64,000 bases of DNA from an uncultured Verrucomicrobiae bacterium (GTDB taxonomy: Bacteria > Verrucomicrobiota > Verrucomicrobiia > Palsa-1439), in contig CAWEWF010000001.1 of assembly GCA_963812605.1 (NCBI GenBank), positions 627,378 to 691,377 of the forward strand, read 5' to 3'. Numbering within the stretch: the stretch's first letter is position 1; every line of letters begins with the position of its first letter. Of the stretch, positions 1 to 11,900 are shown piece by piece. The notes below the pieces were generated by a model, which was not told where the DNA came from, searched no databases, and saw only the letters and a program-made list of their open reading frames with translations. The translations under genes were made by a program, and so were the position numbers.

Positions 1-37
1 GTTTGGGGAAAACGAACCCATTTTGGAGGGAGCAGAA

Positions 38-60
38 CGGCGGTCATAGACCGCCGCTAC
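38..60 (-). repeat. REP-like palindrome (GTAG cap + CGGCGGTC-TAT-GACCGCCG hairpin)
   Basis: Minus strand reads GTAG CGGCGGTC TAT GACCGCCG: perfect 8-bp stem preceded by the GTAG tetranucleotide typical of RAYT-associated REPs. Only one copy seen in the window. Confidence 0.55.
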
Positions 61-89
61 AAGGGCAGGTGACCGGTTGGAGTCGCGAT

Positions 90-101
90 GGTAACGTTGC
101 T
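90..101. promoter_or_regulatory. candidate LacI-family operator GGTAACGTTGCT
   Basis: Imperfect palindrome with central CG upstream of the LacI-family gene. Confidence 0.3.
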
Positions 102-204
102 CCCACGTTCCGGAGGGAATTGAAGGGTTTCCTTGTGAAAATCAAGCTTGACGCGGGGCGGGCTGTTGCAAATTTGGCTCGCAATCGACCGTGGCGGGGG
201 CAGA

Positions 205-1278
205 ATGGGGAACGTGGCGCGACCGGGCACTTCCATCGTCCGTCTCAAGGACATTGCGCGGAGGCTCAACATCTCGGTGTCGACTGTTTCCCGGGCTTTG
301 GGCAAGGACACGTGCGAGATGGTCGCGCCGGAGTTGCGGAAGAAAATCCTCGAATTGGCCGAGCAGGCCAACTATGTGCCGGACCCGGCCGCGCAGTTGA
401 TGCGCAAACCGAAGGTCCACCTCATCACGGTGTTGTTGCCGCGGGAGACGCGCACTTTCATGAGCGAGTACTACGGCGTGGTCTTGTCCGGTATCATTTC
501 CGCCGCACGCGATCGGGGAACGGAAACACGCATCGCGTTGATCGATCCCGGCGGCGACGATATCCTGGAGCAGATGCAGCGGGTGGCGATCGGCGCGGGC
601 GGGCTGCTCTACATGGCGCTGCCGTTGACCGCGCGGCAATTGGTGAAGCTCGAGGAGTTTGCCCGACCCATGGTGGTGATGGGCGGGAGCCTGCCGCCAC
701 GAGTCGATCTCTCGAGCAGCCGCGTCAATACGGTCGCGGTGGACAATTTCGCGGCGACGCGCGAGTTGACGACCCGCTTGTTGGAACTGGGCCATCGCCA
801 GATCGGATTGATCGGCGGCCCCACAACGGTGCGCGACGCGTGGGAGCGCGAGCAGGGGTTTCTCGAGGCGATGAAGGAAGGCCGGGGGGTAATCGATCCG
901 CAGGCGATCATTCACGCTGAATTCACCGTGGAAGCCGGGGTGCAAGGCTGGCAGCAGTTGGAGAAATGCGAGCCGCGCCCGACCGCGGTGGTTTGCGGGA
1001 ATGACGAGATAGCCTTTGGCGTGCTGGAAACCCTGGCGAACCGGAAGATCCATTGTCCCGTGGAAATCTCGGTCGTGGGCTTCGACGATTCGCGAGGGGC
1101 GACACGGATCTCGCCGCCGCTGACGACGGCGCGACAACCGATGGCGCAACTGGGTCAAACTGCTGCCGAATTGCTCGTGGACCGATTGCAAGACGCAGGC
1201 GAGCCAAAAGTCGAACACCGCCTGTTTCCAGTCGAGATTATCGAGCGGCAGTCTGTGGCCGCACCTGCCCGATTGTGA
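205..1278 (+). CDS. LacI-family transcriptional regulator
   Basis: N-terminal HTH LKDIARRLNISVSTVSRAL, hinge NYVPDPAAQLM, sugar-binding domain ending ISVVGFDD...PPLTTARQP. ATG 205 preferred to TTG 148. Confidence 0.93.
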   Translation: MGNVARPGTSIVRLKDIARRLNISVSTVSRALGKDTCEMVAPELRKKILELAEQANYVPDPAAQLMRKPKVHLITVLLPRETRTFMSEYYGVVLSGIISAARDRGTETRIALIDPGGDDILEQMQRVAIGAGGLLYMALPLTARQLVKLEEFARPMVVMGGSLPPRVDLSSSRVNTVAVDNFAATRELTTRLLELGHRQIGLIGGPTTVRDAWEREQGFLEAMKEGRGVIDPQAIIHAEFTVEAGVQGWQQLEKCEPRPTAVVCGNDEIAFGVLETLANRKIHCPVEISVVGFDDSRGATRISPPLTTARQPMAQLGQTAAELLVDRLQDAGEPKVEHRLFPVEIIERQSVAAPARL

Positions 1279-1388
1279 TTTACAATTGACCGCGCGCGAA
1301 AGCCTGTGCAACGTGCCGCGTGCTGAGGAGGATGGTTTGTCGAACTGACGGCAAGCGGAGACCGGATAATTTGCAGTTGCTTTAAGAG

Positions 1389-3026
1389 ATGACTTCCGAC
1401 ATACCCAATACGAATCGTGCGTCCCCGCCCACCGGCAGTCGATGGCGTTTCCCTTTATCGGTTAGCCTGGTCTTTCTGGTCTGTTGCGTGTGGGTCAATG
1501 GCAAAAAGCCGTTTTGGGCTGACGAGTTGACCTGCGTCTATTTGATCCAGGACCACTCGCTGGGACACATGCTGCGCGCCCTGGCGGGAGGCGCGGACGT
1601 TGTTCCCCCTCTTTACTATCTGTCGGCGTGGACCTGGGCGCGGGTGGCAGGCGTATCGCAGTTGTCCCTGCGCCTGCATTCCTGGCTCTGGATCAGCATT
1701 GCCTTCGCGTTGATTTGGGCGGTGCTTCGCCGCCGGTACGGTTACTGGCCGGCGTCGGCAGGTTGCGCCGCGGCATTTTGTTTATCGAGGCTGGTGATCT
1801 TTCACAACACCGAGACGCGATTTTACGGATTTTTCCTGGGAGTGGTGGCTTTTGCGGTGTGGGTATTTGACCGCGTCCACGAATCGGACCGTCTCCGCGC
1901 GGGCCAGATGGCGCTGATTGCGGTGGCCCATGCGTGCATGGTTTACGCCCATGTGTTCGGGGTGTTGTACAGCGGCAGCATCCTGCTGGCCTGGATAGTG
2001 ACCGATGCCTGGCAACATCGTTGGCGGCCGGCGGTGTATGCATCGGTGGTGATTGGCTGGCTGGCTTTCCTGCCCTGGCTCCCGATTTTCCGCCAACAGA
2101 CAGCAATCTTTCAGCATGGTTCCTGGATCCCGATACCCACAGTCACGGACCTGCTGGAGGCGGCCGGGCTTAAGATCAACCTTCCGCTGGCCTTGATATT
2201 CATTATCGGATTTGTGCTGGTAAACCAGCGGCAGCGACCAGGCAGGACGCTGCGGCCACAAACCTCCGCGCAGGAAGCCCTGCTCGTGCTGAGCATCCTC
2301 TTCATTGTGCTGGTGCCGCTGGCGCTGTGGGTCTTCTCGCAGATATCTCGATCGGTTTTTTGGGACCGGTAGATGATTGCGAGCACGCTTGGTTGGGCGA
2401 TTCTCTTGAGTTTCCTCTGCGAGGAACTCGGGGTGGGAGCAACTGAAGACGGGAAATTGGACGCACGAACATGGTCTACTGGACGGTCCGAGCAGGGATC
2501 GTTTAGCCCAGTGTGGCTATTGGCTTTATTTCTCGCGTTTCCGCTGTTCCATGCGCTGACGCATCCCCGTATTCCGCAGCCGAATGCCGAGCGGCTGCCA
2601 GCCAGTTTGGAAGGGTTGCCCGTCGCGCTGCAAACACCGCATGCCTTTCTGCCGCGCATGTATTACCTCGGCACCAACAATAATTACTATTACGTCTTCG
2701 ATTGGGACGCATCCATCGATCCTCGAAGCAAGCCCGGCGCGAGTGTCTACGATAAGACCATTGATGGCCTCCGCCGTTTCTACCCGTTGGCGCATGTCGT
2801 CAATACCCCGGATTTTCTTTCACAGCACCCGCGGTTCCTCTATTTCGATCAGCACGAGACGGCCTGGTTTGATCTGCGCGTGCGGCAGAGTGGTCAATAC
2901 AAACTGACTTTCATCCCGCGGGACGCCCCGGGGATGTTTCTGGTCAATAGTGATGACACAGATGTCTGGTTGGTCGAACGGATTGGTGATACGAAGGCAC
3001 CAACTGATTCGGCGCGGCATCTTTGA
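1389..3026 (+). CDS. GT-C/family 39-like (PMT/ArnT-like) membrane glycosyltransferase, interrupted by in-frame TAG at 2370-2372
   Basis: FWADE, PPLYY, SLRL and ETRFY motifs and many TM helices. The 1389-2372 and 2373-3026 ORFs are in the same frame (FWDR*MIAS). Confidence 0.7.
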
Positions 3027-3079
3027 CGTTCGGCAGTGACAGCGTAATAATGTCCCAATTCCACAGGCAGCGCCTTGCC

Positions 3080-3107
3080 TCAGGGTTTTTCCTAGAGTAC
3101 GACCAGC
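3080..3107 (-). promoter_or_regulatory. composite TAGGA-N5-TCCTA-type site
   Basis: Minus strand GCTGG TCGTA CTCTA GGA AAAAC CCTGA, about 65 bp upstream of ATG 3173. Confidence 0.5.
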
Positions 3108-3172
3108 AAAAAAGTGCGCCGTGCCGGCTTGTGGTTCGATTTATCGGATGCCAGATTGCGTCTGTGCATTCG

Positions 3173-5179
3173 ATGAAAGATCGAACTGGTTCCACTCGTT
3201 TCGCGGTTGTTGCCGTACTTTCCCTCGCCTTCGGTTTTCAGATCGCGTCGTCGCGCGCGCAGATGACGGACGTTCTGACTTATCACAACGACAACGCGCG
3301 GACGGGACAGGCCCTGCACGAGGAAGTGTTGAGGCCGGCCAATGTCAACACTAACCATTTCGGCAAGCTGTGGGTTCTTCCCACCGATGGCCTGGTGGAT
3401 GCCCAACCGCTGTACGCGGCCGGTGTTTTGATTCCGGGCAAGGGAATGCACAACGTGTTGGTCGTAGCCACCGAGCACGACAGCGTGTATGCGTTCGATG
3501 CGGACTGCACGAACATCCTCTGGCAGGTTTCGCTGCTGGGCGGCGGCGAAACCACTTCCGATGACCACGGCTGTGGCCAGGTAACACCGGAGATCGGCAT
3601 CACCGACACGCCGGTAATTGACCGGCAGCTTGGGACCAATGGCACGATCTTCGTCGTGGCGATGAGCAAGAGCGGGTCGAGCGCATATTTTCAGCGGATA
3701 CACGCGTTGGACCTCGCCACCGGGGCCGACCGTATTCCCGCCGTCACCGTCACCGCCAGTTACCCGGCACCGGCGACAATAGCAGTGGCGGCAATGTCAT
3801 CTTTGATCCCGCCAAATACAAAGAACGGCCCGGCCTGTTGCTGTTGAATGGCGTGATCTACACGGCATGGGCGTCGCATTGCGACGCCCGGCCCTACACG
3901 GGCTGGATCATGGGGTACGCTGAACAAACGCTGGCGCAAACCAGTGTGCTGAACGTCACCCCGAATGGCAATGAAGGCGCGATCTGGATGGCCGGCGACG
4001 GTTTGGCCGCCGATGCCAATGCCAACATTTATTTTCTGGATGCCAACGGCCTCTTAGACACAAGTTTCAACGCGAGCGGTTTCCCCACCAATGGCGATTA
4101 CGGCAACGCATTTATGAAGCTCTCCACGACCAGCAATGCGCTGGCGGTGGCTGATTATTTTGACATGTCCAACACCGTCGCGGAAAATAGTACGGACGAG
4201 GATCTGGGTTCCGGTGGCGAATTCTGTTGCCGGACATGCTCGACGCGCAAAATAATACGCGCCAGCTCGCGGTCGGAGCCGGCAAGGACCAGATCATCTA
4301 CCTTGTCGACCGGATGAATATGGGGAAGTTCAGTCCCAGCACGAACGCCATTTACCAGCAGGTCAACGGTGTGCTCGCTGGCAAGCAGTATTCTACGCCC
4401 GCCTACTTCGACGGCATCCTTTATTATGGCGCTGTCGGCGACCACATCAAAGCGCTCCCGTTCCAAAATGCCCGACTGGCGGCCGTATCATCGCAAACGC
4501 CCGGTACCTTCGCTTTCCCAGGCGCGACGCCGAGTATTTCGGCCAACGGCACATCCAACGGCATCGTGTGGGCCACGGAGAACAATACCACGGCGGTCTT
4601 GCACGCGTATAATGCGACCAATCTCGCCAACGAACTCTATAACAGCAGCCAGGCCGCCGGTAATCGCGATAACTTTGGCGTCGGCAACAAATTCATCACC
4701 CCAACGATCGCCAGCGCCCGCGTCTATGTCGGCACGACGAATGGTGTCGGCGTCTTCGGCCTGCTCGATCAGTCCACATTGACCCCGCTACAAACGTGGC
4801 GCAATAACCACTTTGGCAATCCGTCGAACGTCGGCGCGGGCGCCGACACCGCCAGCCCGGCGGAGACGGCGTGCCGAACCTGATCAAATACGCCCTCGGG
4901 TTGGATCCGTATACGCCCGCGGCCACCAGCCAGTTGCCGAGCGGAAGCATCCAGCCGGACGGTGGCCAGAACTATCTCACGCTGACAGCCAACTATGTCG
5001 CGCAGGCGCCGGATGTCACCTACGCAGTCGAGGTCTCCGGCGATCTCCGAAGCTGGACGTTCGGCCCGCCATTTACCGTGACCCTCACCAACACCGCGAC
5101 GCAGCTTACCGTGCGCGACAACGTACCCTTTGGCAGCGCGCCCATGCGCTTCATTCACCTACGGATCTCGGATCCGTAG
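3173..5179 (+). CDS. secreted PQQ-like beta-propeller protein with C-terminal Verrucomicrobia-type domain (frameshifts near 3765, 4220, 4862)
   Basis: Signal peptide then DVLTYHNDNARTG, VDAQPLY, DSVYAFDAD, PEIGITDTPVID, GAIWMAG, DEDLGSGG, KFITPTIA. Four overlapping ORFs join into one continuous protein. Confidence 0.75.
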
Positions 5180-5224
5180 CGGGATCGGCGCCGTCTTGAT
5201 TGAAGAACAGTTCGCCCCTGTAGG

Positions 5225-6319
5225 CTATTTCACCGGCTTGTCGCTCAAGAACACCGCGATGAACTTGAGCTCCGGAACATATTTGGCGATCACCGCCAGG
5301 CAGGCGGTCAACGGTGTCGCCAGCAACAGGCCGATCGGCCCCCATAGCCACGCCCAGAAGGCAATGGAGATGAGCATGGCCAGTTTCGAAATCCCAATGG
5401 TGCGGCCAAAAAAAATGGGTTCCAGGATCATTCCTACCAACGGCTCGAACACAACAAATATCCCGATAATAGCCAGGGGCTGTGTCCAGTTCGGTGACGT
5501 GGCCAAACTGACCGAGAGCGGAAGCGTCGCGGCAATCCAAATGCCGATGTAGGGAATGAACCGCAAGATCGCAATCGAGAAACCCCACAGCAACGCATAC
5601 GGCACGCCGAGGAAGAACAAACTCACCCCAATCGTTGTCGCCACACAAGCGTTGACGACTGATTGCGCGACGAGATACTGCCCGACGAGCTGGCCCGCTT
5701 CATCCAGCGCCTTGCTCGCCGAACTTCCTCGTTTGTCGCCCATCGACTGAATCATGCGAGCATGGAACTCGTCCCGTTCCAAGAGCATAAAAACCACCAG
5801 GACGATTACCAGCAGGATGTTAAAGAGCGATCCCAACACAGGTGAAACGATGGACAACAAGGAATGTGCCGTGTCATTTTGCACGGTCACCGGCACCGGT
5901 TGAGCACCTGATTTCTTGGGGGGCGTGTTGGTGGTTACGTCTCCAATCACTTCCTCCACCGTATCACGGGCCTTGGCCAGGGCCGTGCCTTTGCCGTCCC
6001 AGCGCAGGTCTTCGACCCGCTTCTTGATGTTTCCCTTGTAGGTCGGCAGTTTGTCGGCAAATTCTTTTACTTGTCCCGTGATCCCCCAGGCAATGACAAC
6101 GATCAGTGAAAGGGCCAGGAACATCACCAACACGACCGATAGGCTTCGCGGTAAACCAACTCGCTGAAAAGCCTTATCCACGGGAGCCAGGAGAAACGTG
6201 ATTAATACGGCCAGGGCAATCGGCACCGCGACCTCACGGGCCAGCGAGAGACAAACAACCACCAGCACCAGGGCGGCCAGAATGATGAGGGAAGATAGTT
6301 TTCGGGAAACGATTTGCAT
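5225..6319 (-). CDS. AI-2E family transporter
   Basis: PIALAVLITFLLAP, GVPYALLWG...LRFIPYIG, LEPIFFG, FWAWLWGPIGLLLATPLT signatures. Confidence 0.92.
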   Translation of the reverse strand: MQIVSRKLSSLIILAALVLVVVCLSLAREVAVPIALAVLITFLLAPVDKAFQRVGLPRSLSVVLVMFLALSLIVVIAWGITGQVKEFADKLPTYKGNIKKRVEDLRWDGKGTALAKARDTVEEVIGDVTTNTPPKKSGAQPVPVTVQNDTAHSLLSIVSPVLGSLFNILLVIVLVVFMLLERDEFHARMIQSMGDKRGSSASKALDEAGQLVGQYLVAQSVVNACVATTIGVSLFFLGVPYALLWGFSIAILRFIPYIGIWIAATLPLSVSLATSPNWTQPLAIIGIFVVFEPLVGMILEPIFFGRTIGISKLAMLISIAFWAWLWGPIGLLLATPLTACLAVIAKYVPELKFIAVFLSDKPVK

Positions 6320-6399
6320 TAGACGCTATTTCCGGGATTGCTCTTCTCCATATATTTCAATCTTCCACATTTTCTTATGGTAAAACAATTGGGCACACT

Positions 6400-8130
<1,731 letters not shown>

Positions 8131-8135
8131 CTCCT

Positions 8136-8226
8136 TAGGAAAACTGACTAGGCTGTGGCCAGCACTGTTCTGAGGGCGCAATCAGGTTGGCTGCCAATTG
8201 TTGCACCACAAGCGTTGTGTCACGAT
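8136..8226 (+). promoter_or_regulatory. TAGGA AAACT GACTA site plus sigma70-like promoter (TTGTTG-17-CACGAT)
   Basis: Motif at 8136-8150 (composite extension to 8163 on the minus strand); -35 at 8198, -10 at 8221, upstream of the BON gene. Confidence 0.55.
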
Positions 8227-8276
8227 ACACCCACACAGCAATGCGGAAAATCGACGGAAGAAGAAAGGAAATCAGC

Positions 8277-8855
8277 ATGAAGGCAATTGTCCTAAGCTCA
8301 TTGATCGGAATTACCGGCTGCGCCATCGCGATAACAGTAACGGGGTGCGCCAGTACGCCGACCCACGAAAGCACCGGCGAGGTCATTGATGACAGTACGA
8401 TCACGGCAAAAATCAAGGCGAAATACGCTACGGACAAGGACGTCAGCGCAATGCAGGTGGGTGTTGAAACGTACAAGGGGGTCGTTCAATTGAGCGGCTT
8501 CGTTGACAACGATTACGCCAAGAAGAGAGCCGGTCAGTTGGCCAAGCAGGTGGCTGGAGTGACCCGTGTTGAAAACAATCTCATCATCAAGCCATTGTCC
8601 GGCAATGAGACGGTTCTTTCCGGAACCAATTCCGTTTCCGAGTACGAAGGCGAAGTGACCGCGGTTGATCCGACCAACAACACGATCACCGTCAAGAAGA
8701 TGCTCATCAGCCACACCTTCCAGAATGCCACCGGACTGGACCGTCTCGGGGTGCATGTCGGCGACCAGGTTAAAGTTTCCTATCAGGATAAAGACGGGCA
8801 GAATAGTGTTGTCCGTATCGATGAAGTGAAGCCGAAGGACGCTCCCGCACAATAA
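8277..8855 (+). CDS. BON-domain (OsmY-like) lipoprotein with C-terminal OB-fold (DUF5666-like) domain
   Basis: Lipobox VTGC, STGEVIDDSTITAKIK, VETYKGVVQLSGFV, VAGVTRVENNL. C-terminal GEVTAVD...VGDQVKVSY. RBS AAGGA. Confidence 0.88.
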   Translation: MKAIVLSSLIGITGCAIAITVTGCASTPTHESTGEVIDDSTITAKIKAKYATDKDVSAMQVGVETYKGVVQLSGFVDNDYAKKRAGQLAKQVAGVTRVENNLIIKPLSGNETVLSGTNSVSEYEGEVTAVDPTNNTITVKKMLISHTFQNATGLDRLGVHVGDQVKVSYQDKDGQNSVVRIDEVKPKDAPAQ

Positions 8856-8952
8856 AGAAGACTTCATGGAGCGCCATCGCCCAACCCATGTCGATGACAT
8901 CATGAAACGACGCGCTTTTCGGCCATCAGACCTTTTGTGATACACTTCTCAC

Positions 8953-11900
8953 GTGGTCTGGGAAACAGTTCAACAAGCATTCCGATTCTGGAACCCGCGC
9001 GGGGCCGCGCGGATTCCAGATCGGGGTGAGCGATCCAGCAAACCTGCCGATCCTCCCTTGCGGGCCGAACTCTTTAATCTCGACCAGCTTCGAGCCCATG
9101 CCAGCGAATTGGCGGGTCGCCATCAGATCGTTGAAAGTCATGGGCCCAGTAAGCTGCACCGCCGGCTGGCTGAGAACGAGGCCGTCCTGGTCGATGCCTA
9201 CGAAGTGGCGGCGGCAGCCGTGGCGGGCGGTCGCCGTGTCAACCTCGCAGTGGAATGGCTGCTGGACAACTTCTATCTCATCAAGGAGCAAATCACCATG
9301 GCGCGCCGGCATCTGCCACGCGCCTACAGCCGGCAATTGCCCCGATTGCAAAACGGGCCGCGGGCCGGCTATCCACGCGTGTACGACATCGCCCTGGAGT
9401 TGATTACCCACACGGATGGTCGCGTCGATGAGGAAAACCTGGCCACATTTGTCTCCGCCTACCAGAGTGTGGCGCCGCTGCGGCTCGGTGAATTGTGGGC
9501 GGTACCGATCATGCTTCGGCTGGCGTTGATTGAGAATATCCAGTGGGTGGCAGCCCACTTGGCCGGTCGGCGCCGCCAGCGTGAACTGGCGGGCGATTGG
9601 GCGGACCGTATGCTGGCTGTCGCCGAACGCGATCCCCGGCGTTTACCGGACCTTCTTGCCGACATGGCGCGGTCGGATCCTCCCTTTACAAGCCCGTTCG
9701 TCCAGGAATTCTGTGGCAAGCTGCAAGGGCAAAGTTCCGCGCTGGCGTTTGTGCTGGGATGGGTGGAGCACCGTCTCAGCGAAGAGGGCCTGAGTATGGA
9801 GCATCTGCTCCGTGCCGACAGCCAGTCATTAGCGGCCGACCAGGTTTCCATTGGTAACAGCATTGCGAGCCTGCGTTTCCTGGGAGCCATGGAATGGCGG
9901 GTGTTCATCGAGAAGATGAGCCTCACCGAACAGGTGCTGCGCCGTGACCCCGCCGGCGTCTATGCCAACATGACCTTCGAAACGCGCGATCGTTACCGTC
10001 ACTGCATTGAAGAGTTGGCCCACCATTCCCGCTCTACAGAACAGGAAGTCGCGAGCGCGGCCATTCAAATTGCCACGACAGCGGCTGACCGTGAGGGACC
10101 AACATCGCGAACGGCCCACGTGGGGTTCTATTTGGTCGATAAAGGTCGGCCGACCCTGGAACGCGCGATCCAGGCGCGGCAATCGGTCAAACAATTCATC
10201 GCGCGCTTCGCCCGCCGGTTCCCGTTATTCTGCTATCTGACGCCCATCCTGTTTCTCACCGTGGGAACAACTGCCTGGGTGATGATGTGTGTCTCGCGGT
10301 TCGAATTGAGCCCCTGGAGTTTTTGGTTTCTGACGGCTTTTACCTTCGTGGCGGTTTCGCAGACGGCGATTTCCGTGGTCAACTTGCTGGCAACATTTTT
10401 GATACCTCCCCATTCCCTGCCGCAATTGGATTTTTCTCGGGGCATACCGACGGAACAGAAGACGATGGTCGTTGTGCCAACGCTGTTAACCAGCGAGGAA
10501 GCGGTAGCACAACTGATTGAAGATCTTGAGGTCCGTTATCTCGGCAATCGCGATCCGAACCTGCTATTCGCATTGCTCACGGACTTCGCCGATGCCCCGG
10601 AAGAAAACCAGCCCACGGATGCGGAATTACTCGAGCTGGTCCGACACGGTATTCGCACGCTCAACGAAAAATACGCCGCGGAGAAGACAGCCGTTTTCCA
10701 CCTGTTCCATCGCCCCCGGGTCTACAACCCCCACGAACGCATCTGGATGGGCTACGAGCGCAAACGCGGCAAGCTCGAGCAGTTTAATACCCTTCTGCGC
10801 AGTGGTTCCCGCGAGCCGTTCTCCGAGATCATCGGTGATCTTTCGATACTTCCAACGATCCGCTACGTGATCACACTGGACACGGACACCCAGCTTCCTC
10901 GAGATACCGCCTATAAACTTGTCGGAACCATGGCGCATCCCTTGAACCGGCCGCAGATTGACCCGCAAACGGGCCGGGTCTTCGAGGGCTACGCGATCCT
11001 GCAACCTCGGGCGGTCGTCGGGCTGCTGGCCGCGAGCCGTTCCCATTTCTCGCGCCTGAGCGTGGGCGACGCGGGGATCGATCCTTATACCCATGAAGTA
11101 TCCGACGTCTACCAGGATATTTTCGGTGAGGGCTCCTATGTGGGCAAGGGGATTTATGACGTGGAAGCCTTTCACCGTTCCGTCGGCGGACGTTTTCCGG
11201 AAAACCTGATTCTCAGCCACGATCTGGTGGAGAGCGGTTACGCGCGCTCCGCGTTGCTCGGCAGCGTGGAATTGTTCGAGGACCATCCGTCGAGTTATCT
11301 GGTTGACGTTAGCCGGCGTCATCGCTGGATTCGCGGAGACTGGCAAATTGCCGGCTGGCTTCGTTCGCGCGCGCCGGCGGCTGATGGCAAGCGTCAGCCC
11401 AACGCGCTGACCCGGTTGGCGCGATGGAAGATCTTCGATAATCTGCGGCGGAGCCTCGTGCCGCCGGCGACGTTGCTGTTGCTATTTGTCGGTTGGGTGG
11501 TCGCGCCGCAACCGCGCGGATTTTGGACCTTGCTTGTCGTGGCGTTGACCGCCTTTCCCATGGTGGTGTCGGCACTTCTGGAAGGTCTGCGCAAACCTCC
11601 GGAACGGACGTGGCGAATTCACCTGGATGTCACTGCAAAATCCACAGCCCGGCAATTGGCGCTGGTGGGATTGGCGCTGGCCATGCTGCCCTATCGTGCC
11701 TTCATCAATTTTGACGCGATTCTCTGCTCCGGCGTGCGCATGTGGTTTACGCGACGCGGCCTGCTGCTCTGGCATACTCGTGATAACGCCCGCCGCAATG
11801 CGCGAGAGACGCTGGCGGAGTTTCACCAGGAAATCTGGATCACGCCAGCGTTGGGCTTGGCGGCGCTGGCGCTGTTTTGGACGACGCATCCGGAGGAGTT

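Noticed and set aside
2370-2372. Pyrrolysine or amber recoding
   Set aside because: TAG is used as a normal stop elsewhere (5179, 17526, 40590, 61460) and no pyl genes are seen.
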